From positions 26,226,001-26,290,000 of the forward strand of contig CM074522.1 in NCBI GenBank assembly GCA_037379345.1: 64,000 nucleotides of DNA. The letters are read 5' to 3'. Shown piece after piece: positions 53,031 through 64,000 of this stretch (positions are counted from its first letter, which is position 1; the number at the start of each line of letters is the position of its first letter). The DNA is from Perna viridis (lineage: Eukaryota). The notes under the pieces were generated by a model that searched no databases, was not told the DNA's origin, and worked only from the letters and a program-made list of their open reading frames with translations. A program made the position numbers and the translations under genes.

Positions 53031-53155
53031 TTTGACTGGATGAAATTCTTTTCACAATTTATACAAGTGCCAATATATGAATCAGAAGAATTAGTAACAT
53101 ATTCATTAGAATATCTCATTCTTATGACAGATATTGTTGAAAAGGCTGACAAAAG
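53031..53155 (+). CDS. Nep1: Neprilysin exon 8
   Basis: FDWMKFFSQFIQVPIYESEELVTYSLEYLILMTDIVEKADK-R. Confidence 0.92.
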
Positions 53156-53435
53156 GTAAGTTACCAAAAATAATAATATTTGAAAAAAAAGTATATAAAA
53201 AATGCTATGCCATTTATTTTGAATCCATAGTGTGTTATTAAGACATCATACTGCTCAATATTGTAAAAAATAATTAATGTGTAAGCACAAAAGGTATATA
53301 TTCAGTGTAGTATTGAATAATACCGCAATACTAAATATAGAATGAAAATCTAAAGATACATCACTGCCCGATAAAGATTTTAATTTCCTTAGGAAACGAC
53401 AAGAAATAAAAACTTACACATCTTTTTTACAACAG

Positions 53436-53538
53436 AGTAGTGGCAAACTATGTTATATGGCGCCTTGTCATGTCTTTTGTGTCTGAAATGACTGGAGTAT
53501 ACCAAAAAGTTCGAAGTGATTACTACAAAACTCTTTTG
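53436..53538 (+). CDS. Nep1: Neprilysin exon 9
   Basis: VVANYVIWRLVMSFVSEMTGVYQKVRSDYYKTLL, with the NY..WR motif. Confidence 0.93.
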
Positions 53539-53943
53539 GTAAGACATTATGTATACTAATCTGCACAAGAATTTAAACAAAATGTATAGACGATAATGTT
53601 GAATGGAAAAATGATATGTGTTATGTTCAAAATATGATTTTGCTGTTAACAAAAATAATACATACAATCTTAATATTCGAGTGTATTCGAAACGCATCAT
53701 TTAATAGTTTTCAGGACTACTTAACGGTCATACTTAAAATTAAACTCGGTACATGTCGTTAGACATATAACATGCTCGATCATGTTGTTTTACGTTTATT
53801 TATCACCTGAAAGCGATGTCAATACGATATAAAGATACGACAACGTGTTTGGGATAAGTCGCTGGCGGTATTTTCGACAGTACCTTAAACTATTCAGCAA
53901 GAAAGAAAATTACTTTAACGTTAATGCTACCATTTATTTACAG

Positions 53944-54063
53944 GGAATTACAAGAGACAAACCAAGATGGCAGAAATGTGTAGAATACGTAAATGACAGG
54001 ATGGGTATGGCACTTGGAGCTATGTTTATAAAAGACAACTTTGACGAAGAAAGCAAGGAAACG
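53944..54063 (+). CDS. Nep1: Neprilysin exon 10
   Basis: GITRDKPRWQKCVEYVNDRMGMALGAMFIKDNFDEESKET. Confidence 0.95.
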
Positions 54064-54930
54064 GTACGAAAAGACATTATTTATACATAACTTACAACCA
54101 TGTTTTACATGACGGAAAAAGAAATATTAAAATTGTGTTCAGAACACACTTGAAATCATTTTTTTTTTGAAGCACAAGTTTGCATTGTCTTGAAATGTCA
54201 CCAGAAAAAAAAATAGACATTTACATAGATAACGATTTTACTGCAATGCATGATTGAATCATCTAGGAGTTTAAAATATCGATTCGAATACAAAATATGC
54301 CGACCTCTTTCCAGGTTAAAATCAAATTTCTTTTAACATTATATTGTATAAACTGCTCTAACTCTGTCAAAGGAACGGCAAAACACGACAGTACGGCACT
54401 TAAATTCCACCAAACGCTATATGCCATCACAACAAAGTATACATCTTATATATGTTTAATGAAAACAATAAAAATAAATAAAACATGAGGGTTTTTGGAA
54501 GATGTACGGACGTCGACAGATCCAATTGTGGTATTTGTACCAAATGAAAGGGGGAATATTTTGGAAAGAAATTGTTAGGCAGACTCACATCTAGATATTT
54601 GCAAAAAATAACGAAGAATCAGTAAGGAGCCGATTTTGACATATCAGACTTCAAGTACAGGACCTTATCATGAATACAAGACACTACACAAAAATTAGAG
54701 CAGAACAATTTGAGCGCCCCCTTCCGAACGAAAAAAAAAAGCTAGTGTGACATCAGGTGCATAGGACTAGTAAGCATATTCTGTTCAACCGACGGTATTG
54801 TCACATAACAAGTGAGTAAAATCTGGTAAGAGACTAAAGATAGCTACTATAGTTATGTAGCCCCCTGGCAGACTCCTGAAACAATAAAGGAATTGGCTAG
54901 TAAAACCGTACATCTCTTTGTTTGTTTTAG

Positions 54931-55029
54931 GCATTACAAATGATACATGATATAAGAGACGCCTTTAATGAGTTACTAGAACACAATGAGTGGATGGACG
55001 ATGAAACTAGAGCAGTTGCGAAAGAAAAG
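54931..55029 (+). CDS. Nep1: Neprilysin exon 11
   Basis: ALQMIHDIRDAFNELLEHNEWMDDETRAVAKEK, very close to protostome Nep1 as recalled from memory. Confidence 0.95.
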
Positions 55030-55822
55030 GTACTTTATAACTATACTTCAAATCCAAACCAAAATGGTTAAAAAAGTAAAGTAATAAGAGTGAGCAACAA
55101 TGAAAAAAACCTATAAAAGTAGGTGTTATATGGAAAAGAAAGAATTTCGTGAAATGTGAAGAATAATGACAAAATAACTGATCGGCATCAAATCAAAAAG
55201 AACAGTCAGTATTACAAATTACAAGACCAAAAACCTAGAGCATGAAAACAACAGCGGTTTTCCTGTCTTGGTATAGGCATACTCGATGAAAATGGTTGAT
55301 TAAGATAGATATATGGATATTTTGTTTATGATGGAACATATAATTAGTATACTGCTATACTGAATAGTCCTCTGTCCTCTAAACTTTTGTCGTTAAAAGT
55401 TTCGTCGAATTTAACATAACGAGACAAAGGTCTTGAATAATATAAACTTCCCATTTACTCATGTATACGTATCCATTGTTCCCATCCCCATTCCCCATCG
55501 ATAATTACCCATCTCTAATTAAAAAATTTCTATTGAATCCCCATTTCATTTTTTTGTTTGTTAAATATTTATGTTAACAAATTGAATGTAATATTTTAAA
55601 ATTTGCAAACATTTAAATTACAATTTTAATTAAAATTGATACATTCATCATATTGATCATTTTTTCAAAACAAATTTCCCCATTCTCCCCCATTGGATAT
55701 TCCCAGCCCCCATATACTATCTTCATCCTCATCCCCATTCCCTATTCCCAATATAAAATGGGAAGTAACTAATTTATACTAATTAGAAACTTGCGACAGG
55801 TTACAACTATCTTCTTTTGCAG

Positions 55823-55900
55823 GCTGATGCAATGAATGAAAGAATTGGCTATCCTGATTTTCTTAAGGTTCCAGAGAAGTTGAACGCAAAGTACGCAGAG
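55823..55900 (+). CDS. Nep1: Neprilysin exon 12
   Basis: ADAMNERIGYPDFLKVPEKLNAKYAE, with the IGYP motif. Confidence 0.95.
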
Positions 55901-56504
55901 GTAAAACACAAAATATGGTAGAAAGATATGGAGACTGCTACAAGTGAAACCACAGAAAAAAAAAATCATGAATGACGAGGAAAAAAATCATATATTGGAC
56001 ACTATTCAGACAAAAACCAAACTGTTTCCGAAAGAAATTTGTTAAACTAATGATACCAGGATTGTTGATAAGACTGATAAATGACATTTCTGTAATTATA
56101 TTTGGAGACGACAATATAATTTTTTAAGTTTCCTAGCTATAAATTGAAAAGGAACGATTCATAAGATGGAAAAGGTGGAAGTGTATTGTAATTTGTAGTC
56201 ATGTTTTTATAAAGATTATTATCTGAAAATAAAGAGATTATCATGCTTGAATCTAAAAGAAAAAGTCAGATATGATAAACATGCAGTAATGACCTACGGA
56301 GTTACGAAACTATTAAGTGAAATATCTTAAGTATCATTCTGTGTAAGAATTAGGCAATAATTGTCGCATTATTTTCCTCAATTTGGTCTTTTTGCCTCAA
56401 ATATATATTGAATATATGGAGAGATCAACCCAGAAGCTATTTGAATTAATCCTGAAGCATCTGTGACGTAAATATTTCTTTACTGCTTATATAAGCTAAA
56501 AACA

Positions 56505-57430
56505 GGGAATTTTATATATCGCATCTACCCCAAAGAACTTGAGATAAAGGATAAAGACAGTGTAAAGTCAGCCTTAGCAACTTTCACTTGGAGATCGATG
56601 GTAAAGGAAAACTATTGACCAAAGCAATGACTTTTTGTTCCGTATTTTCAACTTTCCTTTTATCTGTGACAACATCCCTTCAGGACCTGCGTATGGAGTT
56701 TTCATATTACTCATAAGTTATACAGTTATATCAGAGCTTGCCATAATTGCGCAGAATTTTTGTCGCGCTAGCCTTCTTAAAATTAGGCTTCTGGAACAGG
56801 ATTATGTTGCTACAAGGTGGAAGTAATCACTTAAGAAGTTATATGGTCGTCATCATGAACTCGTGGATTGTTACGACATATCCATCTGCTCCAGGATAAC
56901 TGATTTGTTCATAACGTCAAAGTTTTCATTTTCTCTTTCGTCCACTCTGTACCCGACTTTTTATGAACAACTCGGTTGTTACTAGAAAAGGAGAGGCCGC
57001 TTACCCTACCGGAGCGCCTGGTCCATGCTCCGAGTTATTGGAGTCCGAGTTGCTCATCACTTCAGGTCCTGCGTATGGAGTTTACACATCACAAGTCATA
57101 TGTTATGCCAGAGATTGCCGAACTACATGAATTCTTTGTACCGTGCTTGACTCCTAATCGTTAGACTTCTGGAACAAGGGTATATTGCTTCAAGATTAAA
57201 TGATCGATGCAGAATTTTATGGTCAGCACCATGAACTCGTTGACCATTATGGTGTTTCCATCTGTCGTATGTTCATCGTGTCATAGTTTGTCTTTCCCTA
57301 GTCGTAATATTATAAGAGCAATCTGCGATTGTTAAAAAAAAGAGAACGCTTACTCTTCCGGGGCGCCTAGTCTATGCTTCCAGTTTTTAGTAAAATCCAG
57401 CTTGCTGATTTACCTTCGCTTCCTGGTACG
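56505..57430 (+). mobile_element. Two tandem, decayed Penelope-like RT C-terminus plus 3' UTR copies (about 56505-57057 and 57061-57430)
   Basis: RIYPKELEIKD...HLEIDGKGKLLTK...NFPFICDNIPSGPAYGVF with frameshifts. The second unit restarts at ttcagg.cctgcgtatggagtt. Confidence 0.85.
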
Positions 57431-57591
57431 TTGTTTTAAGAGTTAAGAGTCGGTCACGTAACATTTAAACTTAAAACCCGTCACTTACTGTGGTGATGTA
57501 TTCAAGTTGAACACAAGAAAAAACACGCTAACAAGAGTGAAATTTTAGTAATATGGTTGATTTCAAACTTAATTGTAGTGCATTATTTCAG

Positions 57592-57695
57592 TGGAAGTTT
57601 GATGGAGACAAGTATTTTGAAAACTACCTTGAGGCAGAATTTCATGAAGCGTTGAGGACAATCAATGACCTTCGACAACCTGTTAATAAGAATAA
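57592..57695 (+). CDS. Nep1: Neprilysin exon 13
   Basis: WKFDGDKYFENYLEAEFHEALRTINDLRQPVNKN-K; donor AA|GTGAGT, phase 2. Confidence 0.9.
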
Positions 57696-58575
57696 GTGAG
57701 TGATATGATTTTGGAAAAAAAAAGCAAAAGTCGTATATTGTCTGCTAAAAATTGGAACATATGTTTTATAATATGAATTTTCAAAGTGAAAGAATAAGGC
57801 TGGCATGGATATTTTGTTCTTGAATACGTAATTTTATTAAGCTGTTTGGGATTTGCCACAATCTTTAATGGCAATTTTGAATATTAAAATTTGTTTGCAA
57901 AAAATGTGCGATGACAGTAAGAATATAATGCGTTCTCCTTCATAGACCTAATAACAAATTTCCTAGTTTTCACTCATCTAGCTTATTGGCTCTGCTGTCA
58001 AGAATGCACATTACCATAAGACATTATCATTATTCTTTACAAATGCGGAGAATACACTGGTGTTTTTTATTAAATAAGTTGTAAAACAGGCGGGTTAATT
58101 ACTGAGCTTAGGATAAATTAAAAAGCTCTTAAAAAGCAAATATACCTGACTGTACCGAAAAAAAGTAATAATCACTGCAACCTAAAAGGCCTCAAACAGT
58201 CTTTCAAATAAGTAAATGAAAGAGATACATACATTCATATAGAATGTTGTATTGCGGACACGCAATCAATCATTGTTTAACTTTTACTGCAAATGAGTCG
58301 AAATAAATATATATGAACTATTTCAAAATCCTATTTCGTATAGATAACTTATAATTTCTTTCTGGGAAACTACATATAAAAACATTAATATTTATTATTC
58401 AACAAAAGAACTGTCCTAATGAAATCCAATTTCAGGCTTGATGAATAATGTATGACATTATCTAATTGTTAAAGTGTTTTGTTTTCTAAATTTTCTAAAT
58501 TTCAAACGACCATTGTTCTTAACATGGTCTGTTCCGTATTGCATGCAATTATATTTGATATTTTCATGTTTGTAG

Positions 58576-58634
58576 ATGGAAGCAAAACCCAGCGGAAGTT
58601 AACGCCTTCTACGAAACTAACACAAATGATATTG
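58576..58634 (+). CDS. Nep1: Neprilysin exon 14a (alternative)
   Basis: tttgtag|WKQNPAEVNAFYETNTNDI|gtaagt; 59 nt, phases 2/1. Confidence 0.9.
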
Positions 58635-58695
58635 GTAAGTAATATAAAATACCGGGCTTTTCTGACAATAACGTTTTATATTTTCCTGTTTTTAG

Positions 58696-58754
58696 ATGGG
58701 ACCAAGATCCAGCCGTAGTTAATGCCTTCTACAGGACAATTACGAATGATATTG
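58696..58754 (+). CDS. Nep1: Neprilysin exon 14b (alternative)
   Basis: tttttag|WDQDPAVVNAFYRTITNDI|gtaagc; 59 nt, phases 2/1. Confidence 0.92.
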
Positions 58755-59663
58755 GTAAGCTGAGTCTTATTAAAAAATGGATTTCTACCCATATTGGTAT
58801 GGAATGCTGTAACGATTGTCGATTAAGATAACTTCTCAACATGTATGGCCTTAATTGTGTTACAAGTGTATACGAAATATTGTTTCCTTCATTTTCAGCG
58901 CACACCGTCACATGTAATGACAAAACGGCGCCTGGAGATAACACAATCAGTTTAAGATTATTCAATTCAAAATAAAATGCAAAACTGTCCGGGTTTAGAA
59001 TATTTTTATATTGTTGTATTTATGTTATTAGGAGGTTAACACATAAAATATCCAAACCATTTTAGATGCACTTATATCCAATAAAGAGTAATAATAAATT
59101 TACCAAACTGATATAAATGTGATTTACTTTTTGGTAATATTCAAAGCAATTTAATCTGTAAAAAGGAGAGTTTGAATAATTTCCCAATTGTACTAAGATA
59201 AAGCACTTATAATATATCATAGATAGATTATCTGTAATACTTAATAGATTGTATACAGAATGTATTAATTAAGAAATTCAACTTTCATCCTCGTAAACAA
59301 TGCGCCATCGCAGCGTACTCTTAAAGTACATCATGTACAATTGCAATCACAGAATGTCATGCAGTTCTTAACCAGTCCTTTATATATCGATGAAAATATG
59401 TGGCTTTAATGGTAAACGTGTGCATTGCATGTTACACAATGACGTTAACATTGACTTCGTAATTTCAAACTAGTTTGGGCGAAGTATATATCCCAAACGA
59501 AAAACACCTCTGTAAAGTATTGTAGATGTCATGCTTTTGATAATTAATCGTACACAAATCAATATTAAATATATACACACTTGCAGAATTATTATATTCA
59601 ATAATAACGTTTTAGCATTTACCCTAATTAATTGATATTGACCATCAATTATTTCTGTTATAG

Positions 59664-59715
59664 TGTTTCCAGCTGGGATACTCCAACCTCCGTTTTACAG
59701 TGCCAAGTTTCCAAA
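59664..59715 (+). CDS. Nep1: Neprilysin exon 15
   Basis: VFPAGILQPPFYSAKFP-K. Confidence 0.95.
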
Positions 59716-59974
59716 GTATGTTAAATACCGATATAATATATGATATCAAAATATATCTGAACACTTCAGCTCACCGTCAGTTATTGTATGATTTTAGTCA
59801 TTGTCTAATAGACTTAATAAGTTTGATGTCTGAGTTTTGCCTAAATATTTTTCAAATGATTTAACTACTATTCGTAATTTCTGTACTGTGGGAAAAAATA
59901 ATAATATAAAAAAAGCAAACAAACAAAAGTGACTCCTTCTTACAAATAATTTTATAATGAATTATCCATTTCAG

Positions 59975-60042
59975 GTCCTTAAATTTTGGTGGTATAGGAG
60001 TTGTTATTGGACATGAAATAACACACGGTTTCGATGATAAAG
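59975..60042 (+). CDS. Nep1: Neprilysin exon 16 with the HExxH zinc-binding motif; remaining exons lie beyond the window
   Basis: [24 protein letters not shown] found no GRQ..-type next exon up to 64000. Confidence 0.96.
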
Positions 60043-60318
60043 GTATGCTAATCGGTTAATGTGTGACTTTATATTGTGTTAAACAAAGCACATGAGTTCA
60101 TTTATGACACCATGCTATTACTCATAACGTTTTGAGGGTTGGACCCCAGGATTGCAGAAAATCGAGCAGCGTTTGGCGTTACGTTCAAAATTCATTCTAC
60201 ACGCTGCAATCAGCATTCCCTGAAAATGCAAGAATCTTGCAAAGTTTGGAAAAATCAATGATTTTATGGTTTGTCCCAGATTCCCTTCTCTTGAAACTTT
60301 AGTATCTCTACCAATCCT

Positions 60319-60933
60319 ATGGTAAAGGAAAACTATTGACCAAACTTTACGACAAACGTGATGACTTTTCATTCAGAATTGTTAACTTTCCTTTCATCTG
60401 TGGCAACATCCCTTCGGCTCCTGCGGATAAAGTGTTCATATCACAACTCATACGTTATGCCAGAGCTTGCCGAAACTACGCAGACTTTTTGTATCGCGCT
60501 AGAACTCTAACAAATAGGCTTCTGGAACAGGGATATGTTGCTACAAGATTGAAGTCATCACTACAGAAGTTTTATGGTTGTCATCATGAACTCGTGGATC
60601 GTTATGGTGTATCCATCAGCATCATGAAAATTGATGTATTCAACGGGTCATAGTTTTCCTTTCCTCGTTTGTCTACCCCGGACTTGACTTTTTATAAGCA
60701 ACTCGGCGGGTGTTTCTAGAAAAGCAGAGGACGCTTATCCTACCGGTGCACCTGGTCCATGCTCCCAGTTTTTAGAGGAGTCCGAGTTGCTCATTTACTT
60801 TTGTTACTTTGTATGTATGATTTTAGTTACTTTATGTTCTTTGTTGTGAATGTCTGTTTTCAATGTCTGGTCTTTGTCCCTGGATTATATTCTTTTGATT
60901 ACCGCTATAACCTTGGTTCCCTTGATTACTCTT
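60319..60933 (+). mobile_element. Penelope-like retroelement (Naiad-type, RT at the C-terminus), 5'-truncated; best-preserved copy
   Basis: TKLYDKRDDFSFRIVNFPFICGNIPSAPA..VFISQLIRYARAC...FNGS* is a PLE RT thumb region. It stops with no C-terminal GIY-YIG and is followed by a 3' UTR of about 280 nt. Confidence 0.85.
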
Positions 60934-61767
60934 CGATTTAAAATGAATTTAAGAAAATATGAACAATGATTGAAAAATGATCACGCGTATTGTTTACTGC
61001 AAATATTTAAGAATGGCTATGCTATTAAATCCTTCTTGACAAAAAGAACTAAATGTACCAAACTGATTTCGTGCAATTTATATTGTGTTCGAATGTTACA
61101 GCGATTGCATATGAAGTTGTATTGACTAGCTAAATCCATGACGTCAAATAATACTATTGTGCAATAATGAAACAATAATGTGACGTTTAGTCATCCTTAC
61201 CACGAACTATTATGTCATGTTAAATAAAATCAATTTTATTCTAACAGATGAATCACAAGTATCTACATGACAAATTGTTGTAAGGAAAATATATATTCCT
61301 CATCATTCAAAAGATTTTGTGTTTAGTCAAATAATGGGAGAGCAGTTGATGACCATTGTATTTTGACATAACTTGTTAGATAGTTGCAACTCATCTCATG
61401 TGCCTATGTTGTATTAGTTCTGTAAAACCTAGTTCAACGAACAGCCTTTAGATTACTAAAATGTATGTGAGTATTTGTAAGAATCAGGCAAAATGGAAAA
61501 AAATTCTCACACGTGCATGCCAAAATTCCACCGGAATATAATTTCTCTCAATAATGATTCCTCTATTTGAAAAGACCACAATTTGATCTCTGTAACACTG
61601 GATTTTTTTCAGATTTATTCAATATAATTTTAGAAAAATGATATTTTGACAGAGTCATTAGCCATTCAAATGTTAATTGTTTGTGCATTTCAATGACCTT
61701 ATGACTCAATATACAAAGATGATAAGAACGATTTTGATGGCGCAAATAGTCAAATTATACTTTCAAA

Positions 61768-62075
61768 CCATGAAAACTGATTTATTCAACGGGTCATAGT
61801 TTTCCTTTCCTTGTTTGTCTACCCCGGACTTGACTTTTTATGAGCAACTCGGCGGGTATTTCTAGAAAAGCAGAGGATGCTTACCCTACCGGTGCATCTG
61901 GTCCATGCTCCCAGTTTTTAGTGGAGTCTGAGTTGTTTATTTACTTTTGTTACTTTGTATGTATGATTTTAGTTACCTTATGTTCTTTGTTGTGTCTGTT
62001 TTCCATGTCTGATCTTTTTCCCTGGATTACATTCTTTTGATTACCGCTATAACCTTGGTTCGCTTGATTACTCTT
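61768..62075 (+). mobile_element. Penelope-like 3' end, apparently nested in an aagaatcaggc-TIR MITE
   Basis: Near-identical to 60622-60933. MITE termini lie at about 61476 and 62130. Confidence 0.85.
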
Positions 62076-63439
62076 TCAAAATGATGGGATTTTTCATTCC
62101 ATGTTTCACCCTCTTTCTGATTCTTACAGAGACTGATACATATTTGTTATTATATTAATTGATTGTATAATTACATTTATTATTTTTTACATCATGTTCT
62201 TCAATAGAACAAAGGCTTTTTGTTTACCATAACAAAAACATTTATATCCTATTCTGTTCTCTTTTCTGACAACTTTTAATGTCAAATGACAAAAATAAAT
62301 AAAAACTTAAGAAAACAATAAATTCTGCATTTTAGATAGTACTTGTACAGTCATAAAATCGCCAATGATATTTTTCGTGCTATGTGTAATTTTATCAATA
62401 ATTGGTAAAATATTGAAAAATAGAGAACATTTATTTTTCATAATGTCATTAATTAGGACTTTAAAATACAATTATGTTATTTCATATATGCTACCTGACC
62501 AAACACGCAAAGTTATCAATATGGTAAACACCATTTTATCATTTTCTATTGTAATAGCCGTTCTAAAATTTGACGTTGTGTTGTATGTTGAGGACATGAC
62601 AATTAAATACCCACTAAATTAGAGAAATAACGATGTATTATCAGACGAAGCCATACTGAGCTGGAACCATTCTGCCACAATTAACAGAGTTATTACCATT
62701 GACACATATTTAAGTGCAACTCTTTATAAGAGTTACAAAGTTAATGCTGTCCTATAACCGTACACATTGATTATCGTACTCTATATAATTAACGTCAGGA
62801 AACAAAAATAGGGTAAAATGTGCATTGTATTATAAGTATTGTATGATTTTTTTACATTGATTATTTTTAAACGGTACATTTGAAAAAAAGAAACTATCCT
62901 ATCGTGTTGCTCCTTTAATCAACTGGAAATCTTCGGGCATCCCTCTTTGATGAAGGTAATAACAAAATTATAGCACTAAAAATTGTAGGCAGTAGTCAAA
63001 ACAAAAGGAATTCCATATAAAAAAAATGGCGACATTATGGTAAAAAAACCCGAAAGTTGGAAACCAATAGACCTGACTTGGTACATTACCTTTATGAAAG
63101 GTGGATTAAAACAGATTTAAAGCATGCTAAACTTCCTGCTTACGTTATGGCTGATTATTTCTGGTATATTTCAACACAAATATGCAGGAAACCATTATTA
63201 CAGGGCTAAAACGATTCAATCAGTAGTCAAAACAATTCTGGAGGTATGAACAATAAATAAATAAAAACAAAAAGAAGTAAATATCATATAAATTAAGTAA
63301 CAATTAAAGACATGAACTAAAAATAAGTTTTCAAATTTGTTGGGAAGAAGCGTCAAGTTCAAGATAAAAATACTAATTTACAATTAAAAATTTAAATTTA
63401 ATTTGTTTACATAATTAAAATCTATTATCGTTAATCTGG

Positions 63440-63690
63440 TTTTTAAAAGCATATTATTTCTCAATAAGATCTGGATATAGTAATTTTTCATATAACATTG
63501 GTCCAAAAGCATGTTTCTCAGACGTATAAAGAGGACAGAATAGTCGCTATCAACCCTGACATATCTTAACAATCGAGAAATATACACATCATATGTAGGG
63601 GAAGCAAGAATATTACTGAAAAGAAAGGGGGAATTTTTCCTTTTAAAATCAAGATCATCTCGTTAGTCATAGTCATATATTTTCGATGAC
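63440..63690 (-). mobile_element. Old, diverged Penelope-like RT C-terminal remnant
   Basis: The minus strand reads DDLDFKRKNSPFLFSNILASPTYDVYISRLLRY, homologous to DDFSF..NFPF..NIP.APAYGV.ISQLIRY. Confidence 0.7.
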
Positions 63691-64000
63691 TACTGTGGTC
63701 AAATTCGAGTTAAAGGTTTAATCTCAATACTTTTTGCCCCTGACGAAAGCCGTAAAGTCGACAATTGGGCTCCATTTTCTGTAATGTTTACGTTTTATTT
63801 ATATTTTATCTGTATGTATTTCCTTTCTACCTTTTAAATGTGGCTATTGGTCACTTACTTATTATTCTTATTTACGTTTAATTTGAGCCACCTCAAAACA
63901 TATTTTATTTTTAAAATGGGGAAGCTCCTTAATATCTAGTCCTAGTGGATAAATAAACGGTGGCTATTCTCCAAATTTAGGATTATAAAAATGAGAGAAC

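Noticed and set aside
58479-58718. 79-aa ORF spanning both alternative exons
   Set aside because: It is an off-frame read-through of intron and exons. The conserved frame is the VNAFY one.
60654-60933. SECIS element in the Naiad-type 3' UTR
   Set aside because: I see no convincing AUGA/AA/GA kink-turn geometry, and there is no in-frame TGA in the visible RT fragment.

Overview
AT-rich, intron-rich animal genomic DNA. The repeat landscape suggests a bivalve or other mollusc (inference); it is not prokaryotic, and most ORFs in the track are spurious. I reconstructed three spliced genes on the + strand by hand. (1) The last three coding exons of SMG8 (582-3314), whose final intron has textbook U12 (minor spliceosome) signals. 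(2) A small orphan secreted-peptide gene (about 9.9-14.6 kb) with NPY/NPF-like PP-fold features. (3) A neprilysin-1-like M13 zinc peptidase with 16 exon positions (42886-60042, about 639 codons up to HEITH) that continues beyond the window. The main finding is a tandem pair of 59-nt, apparently mutually exclusive exons (58576-58634 and 58696-58754) encoding two versions of the VNAFY substrate-binding segment of the neprilysin. Mobile DNA includes more than 10 5'-truncated copies of a Penelope-like (Naiad-type) element with a structured 3' UTR, a tRNA-containing TRIM with a 4-bp TSD, a solo LTR, two SINE-like elements, a decayed CR1-group LINE, several MITE families and a 41-bp minisatellite.
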